Source: Mobula hypostoma (lineage: Eukaryota). From it: a DNA stretch of 64,000 nucleotides. The position numbers and the translations under genes were made by a program. The stretch is taken from contig NC_086097.1 in NCBI RefSeq assembly GCF_963921235.1, forward strand, positions 106,704,001-106,768,000. Direction: 5' to 3'. Positions 39,901 to 54,724 of this stretch are shown piece after piece; position 1 is the stretch's first letter; each line of letters begins with the position of its first letter. The notes under the pieces are model-generated. The model worked only from the letters and a program-made list of their open reading frames with translations, was not told where the DNA came from and did no database searches.

Positions 39901-41193
39901 ATTTATGTTTGACTACAAGCTGCTGCAATATTCATGGACTCAGGGATTTGGACTATGCTTTTTTTTTCCTGTGACTAAATTTTACTGTTATCTCATATGT
40001 GCCTTATGCTATATATAACTGTTGGTTCCACGTTTTGCACCTTGGTCCAAGAGTAACATCATTTTATTTGGCAGTATTCACAGGTATTCATATACGGCTG
40101 AATGACAATTAAACTTGAACTTGAAAGTTTAAAAGAGATATACGAGACAATTTTATGCACAGAGATAGGTTGGTCTCTGACAGGGGATGGAAGCAGATAT
40201 GACAGCAATATTTAAGAGGTATTTAGACAAGCACCTGATACAGAGCACATGCAACCAAATGGGATTAATTTGGATTTGCATTATGGTCAGTAGTGACACT
40301 GTGAGCTGAGCGTTCCTGTGCTGCCCTGTTCTTTGCTCTATGTTGGATGTTGAGGAAAGTGAGAGACATAGCAGTCAGAGGAGCGAAGTGGCACTGAGGT
40401 ACAAGACCAACCATGATCTTATTGAAAGGGAGAGCAGGCAGCAGGGGTCGAAAAGCTACAGAGGAGCAAGGGATCTGTTACAAAGAAAATCAAGAAAACA
40501 GCATCAGATCAAATAGGAAACAATAGATCAGTTACTCAAGAACGGAAATTCAATTGTGAAAGAGCAGGGTATTAATGACAATTCTGCTACAAAAGAGTAA
40601 AACCTGTTACAAATGGGCCGCAGATCAGCAACAGAACTTCTGTGCATCGTAACAGAAGGCCAGATCATCACAAGAGAGAATTGGTTGAGCTACAAAAAAA
40701 AACAGGAGATCAGCCATGAGCATAGAGGAGATGAGTTACAATAAAGCTGAAATTCAGGTACAAAACAAATACTGGTTCAGTTACACCCTGAAACAGCCAG
40801 AGATCATCTTCAAAAGAGTAACGTTTGGCTGCAAATGAACACAGATTTAAAACCGCAGACAAGCTGGAAGGAATCTGGTGATTTGCTAAGTAGAGCATAA
40901 GGTGATCATCTGCGAAGTACATGGTCTTCTGCATATCTGGAGAGTTGTTACAAAGACAAGAAATTGAGTAACAAAGAAATGGTGTTCCACTACAAATGTG
41001 ATCAGCTATCAAAGGGCATTAAATCTTGTTACAAAGATGAGGAGTGGATCCGCTGGATGATATGTGTGGATTCAGAGGAGCATGGAACCACAAGAGGGAT
41101 GGGTCTTCAAATGAATGATGGAGGGCTGCATGGAAGTAATGGAAAAGGGAACAGTGATGACCAGGGGTGGGTTGGAAGGAGGAAGGGGGGGGG

Positions 41194-41206
41194 GAGATAG
41201 AGATAG

Positions 41207-41241
<35 letters not shown>

Positions 41242-41248
41242 TAGAGAG

Positions 41249-41320
<72 letters not shown>

Positions 41321-41330
41321 ATTGATTGAT
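41194..41330. repeat. (GA)n/(GATA) compound microsatellite plus (GATT)n
   Basis: Directly visible. Confidence 0.98.
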
Positions 41331-41419
41331 TCACTCTTCGTCACCATTGGATTATAGGCTGCCTAGGCAGAAAATCGGGTGCTCTTCTAATTTGAGTTGG
41401 AAGTGGAGTAGGCCAAGGA

Positions 41420-42770
41420 TGACCTCAACACCATTTCTTGCCCTGCCCTTGTATCCCTCAGTTTCTCTAATATCCAGATATTGTTTGGTCTCTGTTTTGA
41501 ATTAAATCAGTTCTGTGCGTCCATATCCCTCTTGAATGCCGAACTATAAATACACACCATCCTCTGAGTCCTGAATGACTTATCACTTTAAGGCTGTGAG
41601 CTCTGGTTCTGAATCTGTTATTCACCCTCCCTACGTTGACAATGTTAGAATTTTGTATATTTCCTCAAGATCATTTTTCAAATCTTAGAATAGCCCCTGC
41701 AATATTTTCTCACATGACATCTCAGCAACCAACTGGCGAATCGTTCTCACAAACTCTCTATGGCATGTATATTCTTGTATTAGGTGAGGAAATCAAAATT
41801 ATATGCTCTGGTATGACTACAGCAAGACATCTGCACACTTTTACTTAAATCCTCGTGCAATACAGTCCAGTATATACAGTAATTTGTCTTCCAAACTGCC
41901 TGCTGCATCTGCATGTTAGTTTTCAGTGATTTATAACACTCAGATCCCTCTGGATATCAACGTTTCCCTATTTTTCACCAAAGAAAAACTACTCAGTGTC
42001 TTTCAGTTTTTCTAATGAATGGGTGAACCTCACATTTTTTCACACTGCATGCCTTCTGCCCACTCACTCCAATTTATATCTATATCACCCTACTGTACCC
42101 TACTAGTCTCTACAAGCCAACATGAGAAGGACTCTGTTGTTTTCTGTATGTAATCAAATCCACCCCGCCCCCACCAGTTTCAAGTCTCCTCCGTGGAACT
42201 TATCAAAGATCTTCTGAATATCCAGACACACACTACTCACTGATACCCTCTCACCACTCTGCCAGTTAATCCTTGAACTCCAATGGAGGTCAAGCATGTT
42301 TTGCATTTATAAATCAATTACATTATTACTTTCTGATTGTCTTTGTTGTAGATTTTATCCTTTGTTATAATTTCTAGAGCTGTCAATCTCAATGTCAAAG
42401 ATCAGAGATTCTTTGTTTTCTTACTCCATTTTTTGAAATAGTGGGGTCATATTTCCACACTTGAATCTACAGAAAGCACTATCAAATCTATAGAAATCTG
42501 AAAGATAATATTCAGAACATTCACATTCCCCCAAAGACAGCTCTTTCAGAAAGGGATACAGATCAGGATTAGTTTTCAGGCTCCATAGACCTCTCCAGTG
42601 GTATATATTTTACTCATGCTAATTTCATTTACTTCCTCACTTACTCTTAGTTGTCTGGACTTTCCACAGCCTGATGATTTGTTTTTCTCTTTGTTCCCAG
42701 ATACAAAGTATTTATTTAATTCCTCTGCTATTTTGTTATTTTTAATTATAATCTTCCCATGTCTGTCTCA
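41420..42770 (-). mobile_element. Old CR1 remnant
   Basis: Degenerate similarity to CR1 RT copies (GATCTTCTGAATATCCAG ~ LDFQK; CTGCCTGCTGCATCTGCATG). Confidence 0.6.
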
Positions 42771-42774
42771 CATT

Positions 42775-43579
42775 TCAAAGTTTAAAGTAAATTTATTATC
42801 AAAGTATGTATAATCACCATATAATGCCTTGAGATTAATTTTCTTGCAGTTACAAGTAAATAAATACAATAGAACTTATGAAAAAAACTACACATCACCA
42901 AATACTGACAAACAACCAGTGTGCAAAAGAAGACAAGTTGTGCAAATGATAACAAATAAATAAATAATACCAAGAACCACACCAGTTCAGGAGCTTGACA
43001 GTTGTATGGTAATAACTGTTCCTGAGTCTGGTGGTGTGAGATCGAAGGCTCCCGTGCAAAGGGTAGTAGCAAAGAGACCACATTACCTGGATGATGCAGG
43101 TCCATAATAATGAATGCTACTTTCTTATGGCAGCATTCCTTGTAAATATGCTCAATGATGGGAAGCCCTTTGCCTTTGATGGACTAAGCGAATGCTTTCT
43201 GTAGATTTTTCTGTTCCTGGCCATTGGTGTTTCCATGACGCAACCAGTCAGATTACTCTCCATTATGCATCTGTAGAAGTTTGTTAAAGTTTTAGAAGAC
43301 ATGCCAAATCTGCATAAATTTCTAAGAAAGTAGAGGCGCTGTTATGCCTTCTTTGCGATGGCACTTGCATGCTGCTCCCAGGACAGATCCTCTGATTTGG
43401 TATTGCCAAAAAATTTAAATTTCCTGACACTCTCCACTCTTCCTCCTGCAGTCAATAATCAAGTCTTTGGTTTTGTTGATGTTGATGTTGATGTTGTTGC
43501 TGTGGCACTATCCAACCAGATTCTTAATCTTCCTTCTAAACGCTGATTCATCACCACCTTTGATTGACCAACAACTGAA
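42775..43579 (-). mobile_element. Rex1/Babar LINE 3' fragment
   Basis: MSSKTLTNFYRCIMESNLTGC; SHTTRLRNSYY. Confidence 0.85.
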
Positions 43580-44804
43580 TCTATATACTACTAAAACTCT
43601 CATGCTCTGTCTGTTTGGGACCTCCAATTAGCGCAAATGGTGCATTACAGTGGCACTTTTTTTGGCTAAATCGAATTAAAATGCGTTAACTTACAGAATA
43701 CAGGCAAAGTTCAGGGTTATATATTCATATAAAATTGCTCATTCGCCAAAAATCAACAGGCTGGCTTTCACCCGAGACCCGATCGGCCATCATGGAAATT
43801 GGGACGCAACAACCCGACGCATGCACACGGCCAGCCTCAGCAGCGACACCTACCGGAGTAAAAGGGCTGGGTAGCTCTATTTCAAGGGGTCACATTCTGC
43901 TAATCACCATCAGCATGTGCAGGATTGGGACAGATCTAACTGCCACCCATCAATAAGAGGTAATTAAATTTTATTGTAATGACGTACTTCAAGACACCCA
44001 TGAAACCATTTGCTGGAAAGGACAGCGGTGATTATATCACATCCATTTAGGAGAGCGCCAACCACATCATCAAGAATAATCAGCATCCTTTGGTGTTACT
44101 GCTTTGTATCTTCTATTCAGCATTAGGGTAAAAAAAAAAGGTCAGCCTAATTATGCCGCGTGGAAAGGGAAGGGGGACATTATGGTCAAGAGCTGACGCC
44201 AAACATCACCGGGAAGCAGCAAGGAGAGGGAGAGAACAAGAATCGGATGAGGCCAGGGCCGCACGACTCCAGGATCAAAGGGTCAGGACAAAAACAGATG
44301 AGAGAAGAAGAGACAGGGGAGGAGAGGCATGCACGTCTCCAGAATCAGAGACAAACAATAAACAGCAGAAGAGATGAAGAGACGGGGGATCAAAGGGCTG
44401 CACGTCTCCAGAATGACAAAAACAGGCACAGAAGGAAGAGAGAGGAAGAGATAAAGGAGCTGAGAAATGCACGTCTCCAGGATCACAGCCAAAGAACAAA
44501 CAGCAGAAGAGATGAAGAGACAGGGGATGAAAGGACTGCACGTCTTCAGAATGACAATGAGAGGCACGAGGGTGGCAGGTAAACCAGAAATGATGCCATC
44601 AAAAGTGTCCTTCGTTAAACAAGGAGAAGCTATATTTGCTTTGCTATGTGTCGTTCTTCTTTACTAAACTGAGGTTTTCTACTTCAGTTTCCGAAGCAAA
44701 GTGATACCAATAGTATTCAGGAAAATTTAATGTTCATTCTGGTCACATCAAACTGCACTACCCTTCTCTCAAAGGGTGCCCCAACAGGTCACCCCGTCGT
44801 CTAG
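43580..44804 (+). mobile_element. Non-autonomous Helitron, 1225 bp
   Basis: A|TCTATATACT 5' end; 3' hairpin GGGTG...CACCC then CTAG|T; no TSD; internal 69-nt repeats encoding EET..R.ARLQ. Confidence 0.88.
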
Positions 44805-45134
44805 TAGAGCAATATTGGCTACAAGTCAGCATGAGGTCAGATGCAAAACAGCTGGAGATCATCACCCAAAGAATGGCAGAAGGTACTTGCAGTACAAGGG
44901 ACAGCATGCTTTATTTATTATTCTTATTTAGCAATACAGCATGGAACAGGCCCTTCCAGCCTAACAAGATGCAATGCCCAGCAACCCATCTATCTAATTG
45001 TAGCCTAATCACAGGACAACTTACATTGACCAACTAACCTACTAACCAGTATGTCTTTAGACTGTGGGAGAAAACTGGAGCATCAGTTCATGTGGAGAAC
45101 ATACAAGCTCCTTACAAACAGTGTCGGAATTGAA

Positions 45135-46398
45135 CATAGAAACATAGAAAATAGGTGCAGGAGTAGGCCATTCGGCCCTTCGAGCCTGCACCGCCATTTA
45201 TTATGATCATGGCTGATCATCCAACTCAGAACCCAGCCTTCCCTCCATACCCCGTGACCCCTGTAGCCACAAGGGCCATATCTAACTTCCTTTTAAACAT
45301 AGCTAATGAACTGGCCTCAACAGTTTGCTGTGGCAGAGAATTCCACAGATTCACCACTCTCTGTGTGAAGAAGTTTTTCCTAACCTCGGTCCTAAAAGGC
45401 TTCCCCTCTATCCTCAAACTGTGACCCCTCGTTCTAGACCTCCCCAACATCGGGAACAATCTTCCCGCATCTAGCCTGTCCAATCCCTTTAGGATCTTAT
45501 ACGTTTCAATCAGATCCCCCCTCAATCTTCTAAATTCCAACGAGTACAAGCCCAGTTCATCCAGTCTTTCTTCATATGAAAGACCTGCCATCCCAGGAAT
45601 CAATCTGGTGAACCTTCTTTGTACTCCCTCTATGGCAAGGATGTCTTTCCTCAGATTAGGGGACCAAAACTGCACACAATACTCCAGGTGTGGTCTCACC
45701 AAGGCCTTGTACAACTGCAGTAGTACCTCCCTGCTCCTGTACTCGAATCCTCTCGCTATAAATGCCAGCATACCGTTCGCCTTTTTCACCGCCTGCTGTA
45801 CCTGCATGCCCACTTTCAATGACTGGTGTATAATGACACCCAGGTCTCGTTGCACCTCCCCTTTTCCTAATCGGCCACCATTCAGATAATAATCTGTTTT
45901 CCTATTTTTGCCACCAAAGTGGATAACTTCACATTTATCCACATTAAATTGCATCTGCCATGAGTTTGCCCACTCACCCAACCTATCCAAGTCACCCTGC
46001 ATCCTCTTAGCATCCTCCTCACTGCTAACACTGCCACCCAGCTTCGTGTCATCCGCAAACTTGGAGATGCTGCATTTAATTCCCTCATCCAAGTCATTAA
46101 TATATATTGTAAACAACTGGGGTCCCAGCACTGAGCCTTGCGGTACCCCACTAGTCACCGCCTGCCATTCTGAAAAGGTCCCGTTTATTCCCACTCTTTG
46201 CTTCCTGTCTGCTAACCAATTCTCCACCCACACCAATACCTTACCCCCAATACCATGTGCTTTAAGTTTGCACACTAATCTCCTGTGTGGGACCTTGTCA
46301 AAAGCCTTTTGAAAATCCAAATATACCACATCCACTGGTTCTCCCCTATCCACTCTACTAGTTACATCCTCAAAAAATTCTATGAGATTCGTCAGACA
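45135..46398 (-). mobile_element. CR1 LINE, 5'-truncated, uninterrupted 375-aa RT C-terminal ORF
   Basis: ORF 45226-46353; (TTCTATGT)n-type tail. Confidence 0.97.
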
Positions 46399-48555
46399 AT
46401 TATTAACTATTTTTATGAACTATTAACTCTGGAACGGACTGAGCTATAGTAGCATTGCACTAATCACTACACTACCATTACAGTAGTGATTAAGACAATT
46501 GCTTTACAGCACCAGTGATCATCACTCAACTTTCGAGTCCTGCCACCGTCAGTGAGGAGTCCGTACATTCTCCCCATTTCTCCCCATTTTATCCCACATT
46601 CCAAAGACATGTAATTAGAATTAGTAATTTGCAGACATGCAATGTTGGCTCCAGGAGCATGGTAACCGGAGCAACCAGTGGTCTCGTGGAGAAGGCACAA
46701 ACTTCTTACAGCCAGGGGTAGGAACTCCAATCTTACAGCTGGCATAAAGCTTTACGTAACCACTACATTACTGTGCCAGTTATGAAGAAGGGGGAAAGTT
46801 GTTACAAAACAATGCGAAATAGATATATTGCAGGAAACCTGCTACAAGAGATTGCATAGCTACAAAAATCTGTAGGACAGCTGCCAAAAAAAAGCAGAAA
46901 ATAATCTCCAAAAGAGCCAGTTTAGTTATAAAAATGCAGTTTGAGTACAAAATAGTGGAAGACCAACTACTAGTGAGCAGCAGACCTTAAGAAACAATGG
47001 ATGAGCAATTTCCAAAAATCAGCAGATCAGTTACAAAGGAGCCAGACACCAGCTAAAATGAACCAGGAGGTCAGCTATGAAAACCACGAGATCTCACAGT
47101 GACAGTTAGACAGAACAGAATCAGGCCTTTGGTCTAAGGAGAGAAGTACCAATTTAAGCCATAAAGTCACAAGACATAGGAGCATAATTGGACTATTTAG
47201 TCCATCAAGTCTGCTCCACCATTCCATCATGTCTCAAACCCAGTCTCCTGCCTTCTCCCGGGAACTTTTGACGCCCATACTAATCAAGCTCCAGTTTAAA
47301 TATACATAACGACTTAGCCTCCACAGCTGTTTGTGGCAATGAATTCCTCAGATACACCACCCTCTGGCTAAAGAAATTCTGCCTCATCCGTGTTCAAAAA
47401 GGGCATCCTGGCATTCTGAGACGGTGCCCTTTAACTTATATTAATTCCATTCCATTGTCACCACATTCCCATCAATGCTTCTAGATTCTACTCTGAAACT
47501 ACATGTTTTTGGAATATGCAAGGAAAGCCACGTGATCATAGGGAGAGCCCGAGATCAGGATCAAATCTGATTCACGGTAAGGCAGCAGTTACTACCTGTG
47601 CCATGGTGCCACTCAAACTCCCTCAAAACAAGGTCATGGATGCTACAGTAGCACAGCAGTTAATGCTGCTGTCTCGGCTCCAGACACCCAGGTTCAATCC
47701 TGACATCAGTGACAGTATGGGTTTCCTCCAGTTTCCTCCCACATGCTGATTGGCAAGTTATTGGACGTTGGCTGGCAAGAGAGTCTGAGGAGTTGGGTGT
47801 TGATGACTAGATCAGTGTAAAAATGAAATTGGTATAAATGGGGCTTGATGGTCAGCCCACGTGCAGTGCTCCAAATGGTCTGATTCTGAGCTGCATGAAG
47901 TTATTATCTACTTAAAGATTGGAAGATCATTCTAATGGCTGATGGACAACTACAAAAGGTCAGGATATCAAATAAGGCAACTAGTCACATGCAAATGAAC
48001 AAAGCAGCTGAAAAAGAGAGAAGGGCCCATAAAAAGAGTGGGTAGAGATGCTACAGCCAGACAGAGCTGAGCTATAAAAGAGTGAAAAATCAATTAGAAA
48101 AAATGAAAAAAAATTACCCACACTCAAATCAAAACTTTAGGAGACAAAAGTGTGAACTCAGATACAAAGTAGCAGGAAATCAGATATGATGTGCAGGAGA
48201 GCAGAGACAAAAGAGTAGGAATATAAGAATATTAGAAACAGATGTACGACCAGGTCTTTCAGACCTTGGTGCCCCTCCACTTAATAAGATCAAGGCTAGT
48301 CTTTTACCTCAGTTTTCTTATACTAAACCTATATCCTCTTATTTCCTCAATACCCATGCATCAACTGACCTCTTACTTGAATATAGTCAATTAACAGAGC
48401 CTCCACAGCTCTCTTATGTTATAAATTCCAAATATCCACTATCCACTATTCAGAGGAGCACATATAATGCCAAAAATGAGCAAACTTCCAAAAAAATGGA
48501 CATCAGCAAATAAATAGCAAAATAAAAAAAAATAGGAATTCATTGTGGACTTCAG

Positions 48556-49330
48556 CAATGTTCCTGCTAATTTGTAATGACCAGTGTACTCAAAAATCTT
48601 GTGCTGTGCAACTTTTTGCCCCGTGACAACATGTGCTGGCTGAATTTTATATATAGAGGTATTCATTTTAATAGCTAGCAAAACATTGTCAAAAAGAACT
48701 TGTATCTCCTCTGGGTTTGACCATTTTTGCTCTCATTCATCTGCACTCTCACAAAACATACGTAGCAGCCTGTAGTGGCTAATGAAGGATTTCATCGCTG
48801 AAGCTTTTCCACACAGTCTATATGTGATTTGCTTGCTAAATGATGTTCAATTTTCCAAGTATCACTCCACTTCTTCCCACTTGCAAATCCTCCAGCAACT
48901 TTTGCATCGTGACAATACACTTAGGTAACATCAGTTTCTGTACTGTACATAAATAATTCTCGAAGCTGCATGTTCCTGACCTCATGAGCTTACGGCATTA
49001 CAATTTCTACTGTTTCATTAAACCATTGTGCTTTAAATGAACTAGCAGTTCTTTTGTGCTTCACATCCTTTGCTTCTTTGGAATTCGACATTGTGAATCA
49101 ATAATATCTTCAACAAAAACAGTATAATTAAGACAGTTCTAAAATCTGCAGACAAATTATTGCAAACTCGTTGTCAACCCCATCCGCATCAGAAACCGGA
49201 AAAGGAAGTGTAATTGTGTACGATCATGAAACATGCCAATGAGGGTGACAACATCTTGTGCACAATTTAAATTTCTTTGTGCACTAGTAGCAAACGGTGT
49301 GTGTTCATGCACACCTTAAGGGGAACATCG
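48556..49330. mobile_element. hAT non-autonomous element
   Basis: TIRs CAATGTTCCTGCTAA / TTAAGGGGAACATCG; perfect 8-bp TSD GACTTCAG. Confidence 0.9.
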
Positions 49331-50750
49331 GACTTCAGTCAGGAGAAATTGGGAAAGCGCACTGTACTCCTCATCAATGGGTCACCAGTGGAAAGAGTGA
49401 ATATCTTCGAGTTCCTGTGTGTCAACATCTCTGAAGATCTATCCTAGGCCCATCATATTAATGCAATTGTACACAGTAACATTCATTTGGAGTTTGAGGA
49501 GATTTAGTACATCACTAAAGACTCCAGCAAAGTTTTACAATGTACCTCTGACAGCATTCTCAGATTCATTTATTTATCATGCGCACATTGAAACATACAG
49601 TGAAATGTGTTATTTGCACTAACAACCACCACAGCCTAAAGACGTGCAGGGGGCAGACCACAAGGGTTGCCACACATTCCGGCGCTAACAGAACATACTC
49701 ACAATGGGCAACAGAACACGTAAGCAACAGCAACAAAGCAACAACAGCAAAACAAGCCATTTTCCTCCCACCCACCCACTGACACACACACAAATGGGCA
49801 TCCAACCCCAGCTTAAGCTGCCTCCAGGCATCTAGCTGCCTGTAGATTCGTGGACTCACAGACCTCAGGCCTCTGACTTCTCTAGTGGAATCGCAGACTC
49901 ACAGACCCAAGATTTCAGCACAGGACTTCAACTTCCAGACTCACCAAGTTCAGTCTTCAATTTTCATGCTTCAATCTTCATATTCACCCCAGGACTTGCC
50001 AATGATGGAACCCCGAACTCCAAACTCACTGACCTAACGGGTCATCAGTCCTCATGCTTCCTGTCTGCATAAAACTCTGATCCCAGGACCTGGAGGTACT
50101 TGTTAGCCTGGGGGTACAGGAGCCCCCATTCTTGCTGGGCTTCATCCAGAGCACTTGCCAGTCTGATATCCATTCACGAAGATCACTGGCCTTTGACCCA
50201 TGGAGCACTCCGACCTGCACTCCGGCTTGACCTCTAACTCCCCGACATCCCCGACTTCACACTTCTCCCCTCCACCTACCCCTGTCCATAACAAGGTGCA
50301 TCATCACTGGTAGGAAGGAGCCACTGCACAGCATCAAAATAACCTGCAGAGGGCTGTAGACTCAGCCTGCTCCAACATGGGCACTAGCCTCCCCACTATT
50401 GAGGACTTCTTCAAAAGATGATGCCTCAAAAATTTGGCATCCATCATTAAGGACCTCCACAAGCCAGGACATGCCCCTTTCTCATTACTACCATCAGGGA
50501 GGAGGTACAAGAGCCCGAAGTCACATATTCAATGTTTTAGGAACAGCTTCTTTTCCTCTGCTATCAGATTTTAAAAAGATCCATGAACTCATGAACCTAC
50601 CTAATTATTTTACTCTCTTTTTACATTATTTATTTTTATATTCTCATTGTAATTTATACTATTTTTTTATATATTGCGCTGTACTGCTGCTGGCACAAAA
50701 CAACAAATTGTATGACATACAAGAGTGATAATAAACCTGATTCTGATAAC
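49331..50750 (+). mobile_element. Rex1/Babar 3' fragment interrupted by an unclassified SINE-like element (~49560-50305, minus; relatives at 23760-24490, 55640-55800)
   Basis: FEFLCVNISEDLS, IIKDLHKPGHAPFSLLPSGRRYKS, AATAAA-(CTGATT) tail. Confidence 0.75.
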
Positions 50751-50934
50751 GTGCAGTTCTAACAGTCAGGCAAAATCTATGGAATTAGAAGCAGTTTTTT
50801 GTTTTAGGTCTAGGATCTGTTGTCAGAATTGGGAAAGAGACAAAACATGTCAATTTTCAGTTGCAAGGGAGGGAGAAGAATTGATGGCACAATGGGAATT
50901 TTTCTGAGATGATAAAACCAAATGATTTTATGTA

Positions 50935-53900
50935 CATAGAACATAAAAGAGTACAGCACAGTACAGGCCCTTCGGCCCACAATGTTGTGCTGACCCTTAA
51001 AGCCTGCCTCCCATATAACCCCCAACCTTAAATTCCTCCATATACCTGTCTATCAGTCTCTTAAATTTCACTAGTGTATCTGCCTCCACCGACTCAGGCA
51101 GTGCATTCCACGCACCAACCACTCTCTGAGTAAAAAACCTTCCTATAATACCCCTCTTGAACTTCCCACCCCTTACCTTAAAGCCATGTCCTCTTGCATT
51201 GAACAGTGGTGCCCTGAGGAAGAGGCGCTGGCTGTCCACTCTATCTATTCATCTTCATATCTTGTATACCTCTATCATGTCTCCTCTCATGCACCTCCTC
51301 TCCAAAGAGTAAAGCCCTAGCTCCCTTAATCTCTGATCATAACGCATACTCTCTAAACCAGGCAGCATCCTGGTAAATCTCCTGTGTACCCTTTCCAATG
51401 CTTCCACATCCTTCCTATAGTGAGGCGACCGGAACTGGACACAGTACTCCAAGTGTGGCCTAACCAGAGTTTTATAGAGCTGCATCATTACCTCACGATT
51501 CTTGAACTCTATCCCTCGACTTCTGAAAGCTAACACCCCATAAGCTTTCTTAACTACCCTATCTACCTGTGAGGCAACATTCAGGGATGCATGAACATGT
51601 ACCCCCAGATCCCTCTGCTCCTCCACACTTCCAAGTATCTTCCCATTTACTTTGCACTCTGCCTTGGAGTTTGTCCTTCCAAAGTGTACCACCTCACACT
51701 TCTCCGGGTTGAACTCCACCTGCCACTTCTCAGCCCACTTCTGCATCTTATCAATGTCTCTCTGCAGTCTTCGACAATCTTCTACACTATCCACACCACC
51801 ACCAACCTTTGTGTTGTCTACAAACCCCACCCTCCTATCCCCACCTCCAGGTCGTTAATAAAAATCAGGAAAAGTCGAGGTCCCAGAACCAATCCTTGTG
51901 GGACACCACTAGTCACAACACTCCAATCCAAATCTACTCCCTCCACCACGACCCTCTGCTTTCTGCAGGCAAGCCAATTCTGAATCCACCTGGCCAAACT
52001 TCCCTGGATCCCATGCCTTCTGACTTTCTGAATAAGCCGACCCTGTGGAACCTTGTCAAATGCCTTACTAAAATTCATGTAGATCACAGCCACTGCACTA
52101 CCCTCATCTATATGCCTGTCAGCTCGTCAAAGAACTCTATCAGGCTTGTTAGACACAATCTGCCCTTCACAAAGCCATGCTGACTGTCCCTGATCAGATC
52201 ATGATTCTGTAAATGCCTATAGATCCTATCTCTAAGAATCTTTTCCAACAGACATAAGGCTCACTGGTCTATAATTACCCAGACTATCCCTACTACTTTT
52301 TTTGAACAAAGGGACAACATTCGCCTCCCTCCAATCTGCCGGTACCGTTCCCGTGGACAACGAGGACATAAAGATCCTAGCCAGAGGCTCAGCAATCTCT
52401 TCCCTCACCTCATGGAGCAGCCTGGGGAATATTCCGTCAGGCCCTGGGGACTTACCCGTCCGAATGTATTTTAACAACTCCAACACCTCCTCTCCCTTAA
52501 TATCAACATGCTTCAGAACATCAACCTCACTCATATTGTCCTCATCGTCATCAAGTTCCCTCTCATTGGTGAATACCGAAGAGAAGTATTCATTGAGGAC
52601 CTTGCTCACTTCCACAGCCTCCAGGCACATCTTCCCATCTTTATCTCTAATCGGTCCTATCTTCACTCCTGTCATCCTTTTATTCTTCACATAATTGAAA
52701 AATGCCTTCGGATTTTCCTTTACCCTACTTGCCAAGGCCTTCTCATACCAGCTTCTTGCTCTCCTCAGCCCATTCTTCAGCTTCTTTCTTGCTACCCTAT
52801 ATTCCTCAATAGACCCATCTGATACTTGTTTCCTAAACTTCATGTATGCTGCCTTCTTCCACCTGACTAGATTCTCCATCTCACTTGTCACTCATGGTTC
52901 CTTCACCCTACTATTCTTTATCTTCCTCACCGGGACAAATTTATCCCTAACATCCTGCAAGAGATCCCTAAACATCGACCACATGTCCATAGCATCATCC
53001 CAATTCACACCTGCAAGTTCTAGCCTTATTGCCTCATAATTTGCCCTTCCCCAATTAAAAATTTTCCTGTCCTCTCTGATTCTATCCTTTGAAGGCCAGG
53101 GAGCGGTGGTCACTGTCCCCCAGATGCTCACCCAGTGAGAGATCTGTAACCTGATCTGGTTCGTTCCCTAATACTAGATCTAGTATGGCATTCCCCCTAG
53201 CTGGTCTGTCAACATACTATGACAGGAATCCGTCATGGACACACTTAACAAACTCTGCCTCGTCTAAACCCTTGGAACTAATCAGGTGCTAATCAATATT
53301 AGGGAAGTTAAAGTCACCCATGATAACAACCCTGTTATTTTTGCACCTTTCCAAAATCTGCGTTCCAATCTGCTCCTCAGTTCCTCTGCTGCTACCAGGG
53401 GGCTTATGGAATACTCCCAATACAGTAACTGCTCCCTTCCTGTTCCTGACTTCTACCCATACTGATTCAAGAGGATCCTGCTACATTACCCACCCTTTCT
53501 GTAGCTGTAATAGTATCCCTGACCAGTAATGCCACCCATCTTCCCCTCACCCCCCATTCCTTTTAATGCACTGAAGTCCAGGAATATTGAGAATCCATTC
53601 CTGCCCTGGTTCCAGCCAAGTCTCTGTAATGACGACTACATCGTATTTCCATGTATGTATCCAAGCTCTCAGTTCATCACCTTCGATCCTGATGCTTCTT
53701 GCATTGATGTACATGCAGTTTAGCCCTTCTACCTTACTAACTTTATTCTGCTTCCCCTTCCTCAAAGCCTCTTTATATGATAGGGATCTGGCTTTACTCC
53801 ATGTACTATACTTGCAGTTTTCTCATGACATTTATCCTCCTTCACCTCACTATCAGCTCTAACACTCTGGTTCCCCTCCTCCTGCAAATCTATTTTAAAC

Positions 53901-54340
53901 CCCCTGGAGCAGCACTAGCAAACTTTCCCGCAGGGATGTTAGTCCCCCTCCAGTTCAGGTGCAACCCGTCCCATCTTCCCTGAAACAAGGCCCAATTGTC
54001 CAGAAACATGAAGCCCTCCGTCCTGCACATCTCCTTAGCCACGTATTTAGCTGCATTATCTTCCTATTTTCTAGCCTCACTCAGCACGTGGCACAGGTAG
54101 CAATCCTGAGATTGCCACCCTAGAGGTCTTGTCCTTCAACTTTGCACCTAACTCCCTAAACTCTCCTTGCAGGACCTCCTCCTTCTTCCTATCCACGTCA
54201 TTGGTCCCTTCATGGATCACGGCATCTGGCTGCTCACCCTCCCTCCTGAGAATACCGAGAACTCGATCCGAGATATTGCGGACCCGGGCACCAGGGAGGC
54301 AACAAACCATCCGGGATTCTCGATCTCTTCCACAGAACCT
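50935..54340 (-). mobile_element. Long CR1 LINE with ORF1 esterase, AP endonuclease and RT remnants
   Basis: VCCLPGARV...IHEGTND (SGNH-like ORF1); YINARSI...ITETWL (APE); KSPGPDG, NYRPVSL, KAFDKVP (RT). Confidence 0.96.
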
Positions 54341-54724
54341 CTGTAAACTGTAGCAGTTTACAGAGCAGATTTTAATAGATGTGTCTGTGTAATGTGGGGT
54401 ATGCCAAGCAGTTCAGACTATGTTAAGAAAGAAAACTGAGGCAAAATGATAACAGGCCAGAATGGCTAGTTTTGAAACTGATTCCATAACCTATGGACTC
54501 TCTTTCAATGTCTCTACAACTCATGTTCTCAATACTATTTATTTACTTACTTACTTATTAGTTTTTGTATTTGCACATTTTGTCTACTTTTGCACATTTG
54601 TTGTTTGTCAGCTTTTCTGTAGTTTTTCAATTATTCTATTGTATTTCTTTGTTCTATTGTGAATGCTAGCAATAAAATTAATCTCAGGGTAGTGTATGGT
54701 GACATATACGTAGTCTGATAATAA

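Noticed and set aside
41072..41347. SLSLSL and RERDRE ORFs
   Set aside because: Translations of the GA microsatellite
45608..46312. Plus-strand ORFs repeated at 39679, 45608, 45908, 56302, 56602
   Set aside because: Antisense shadows of CR1 RT coding sequence
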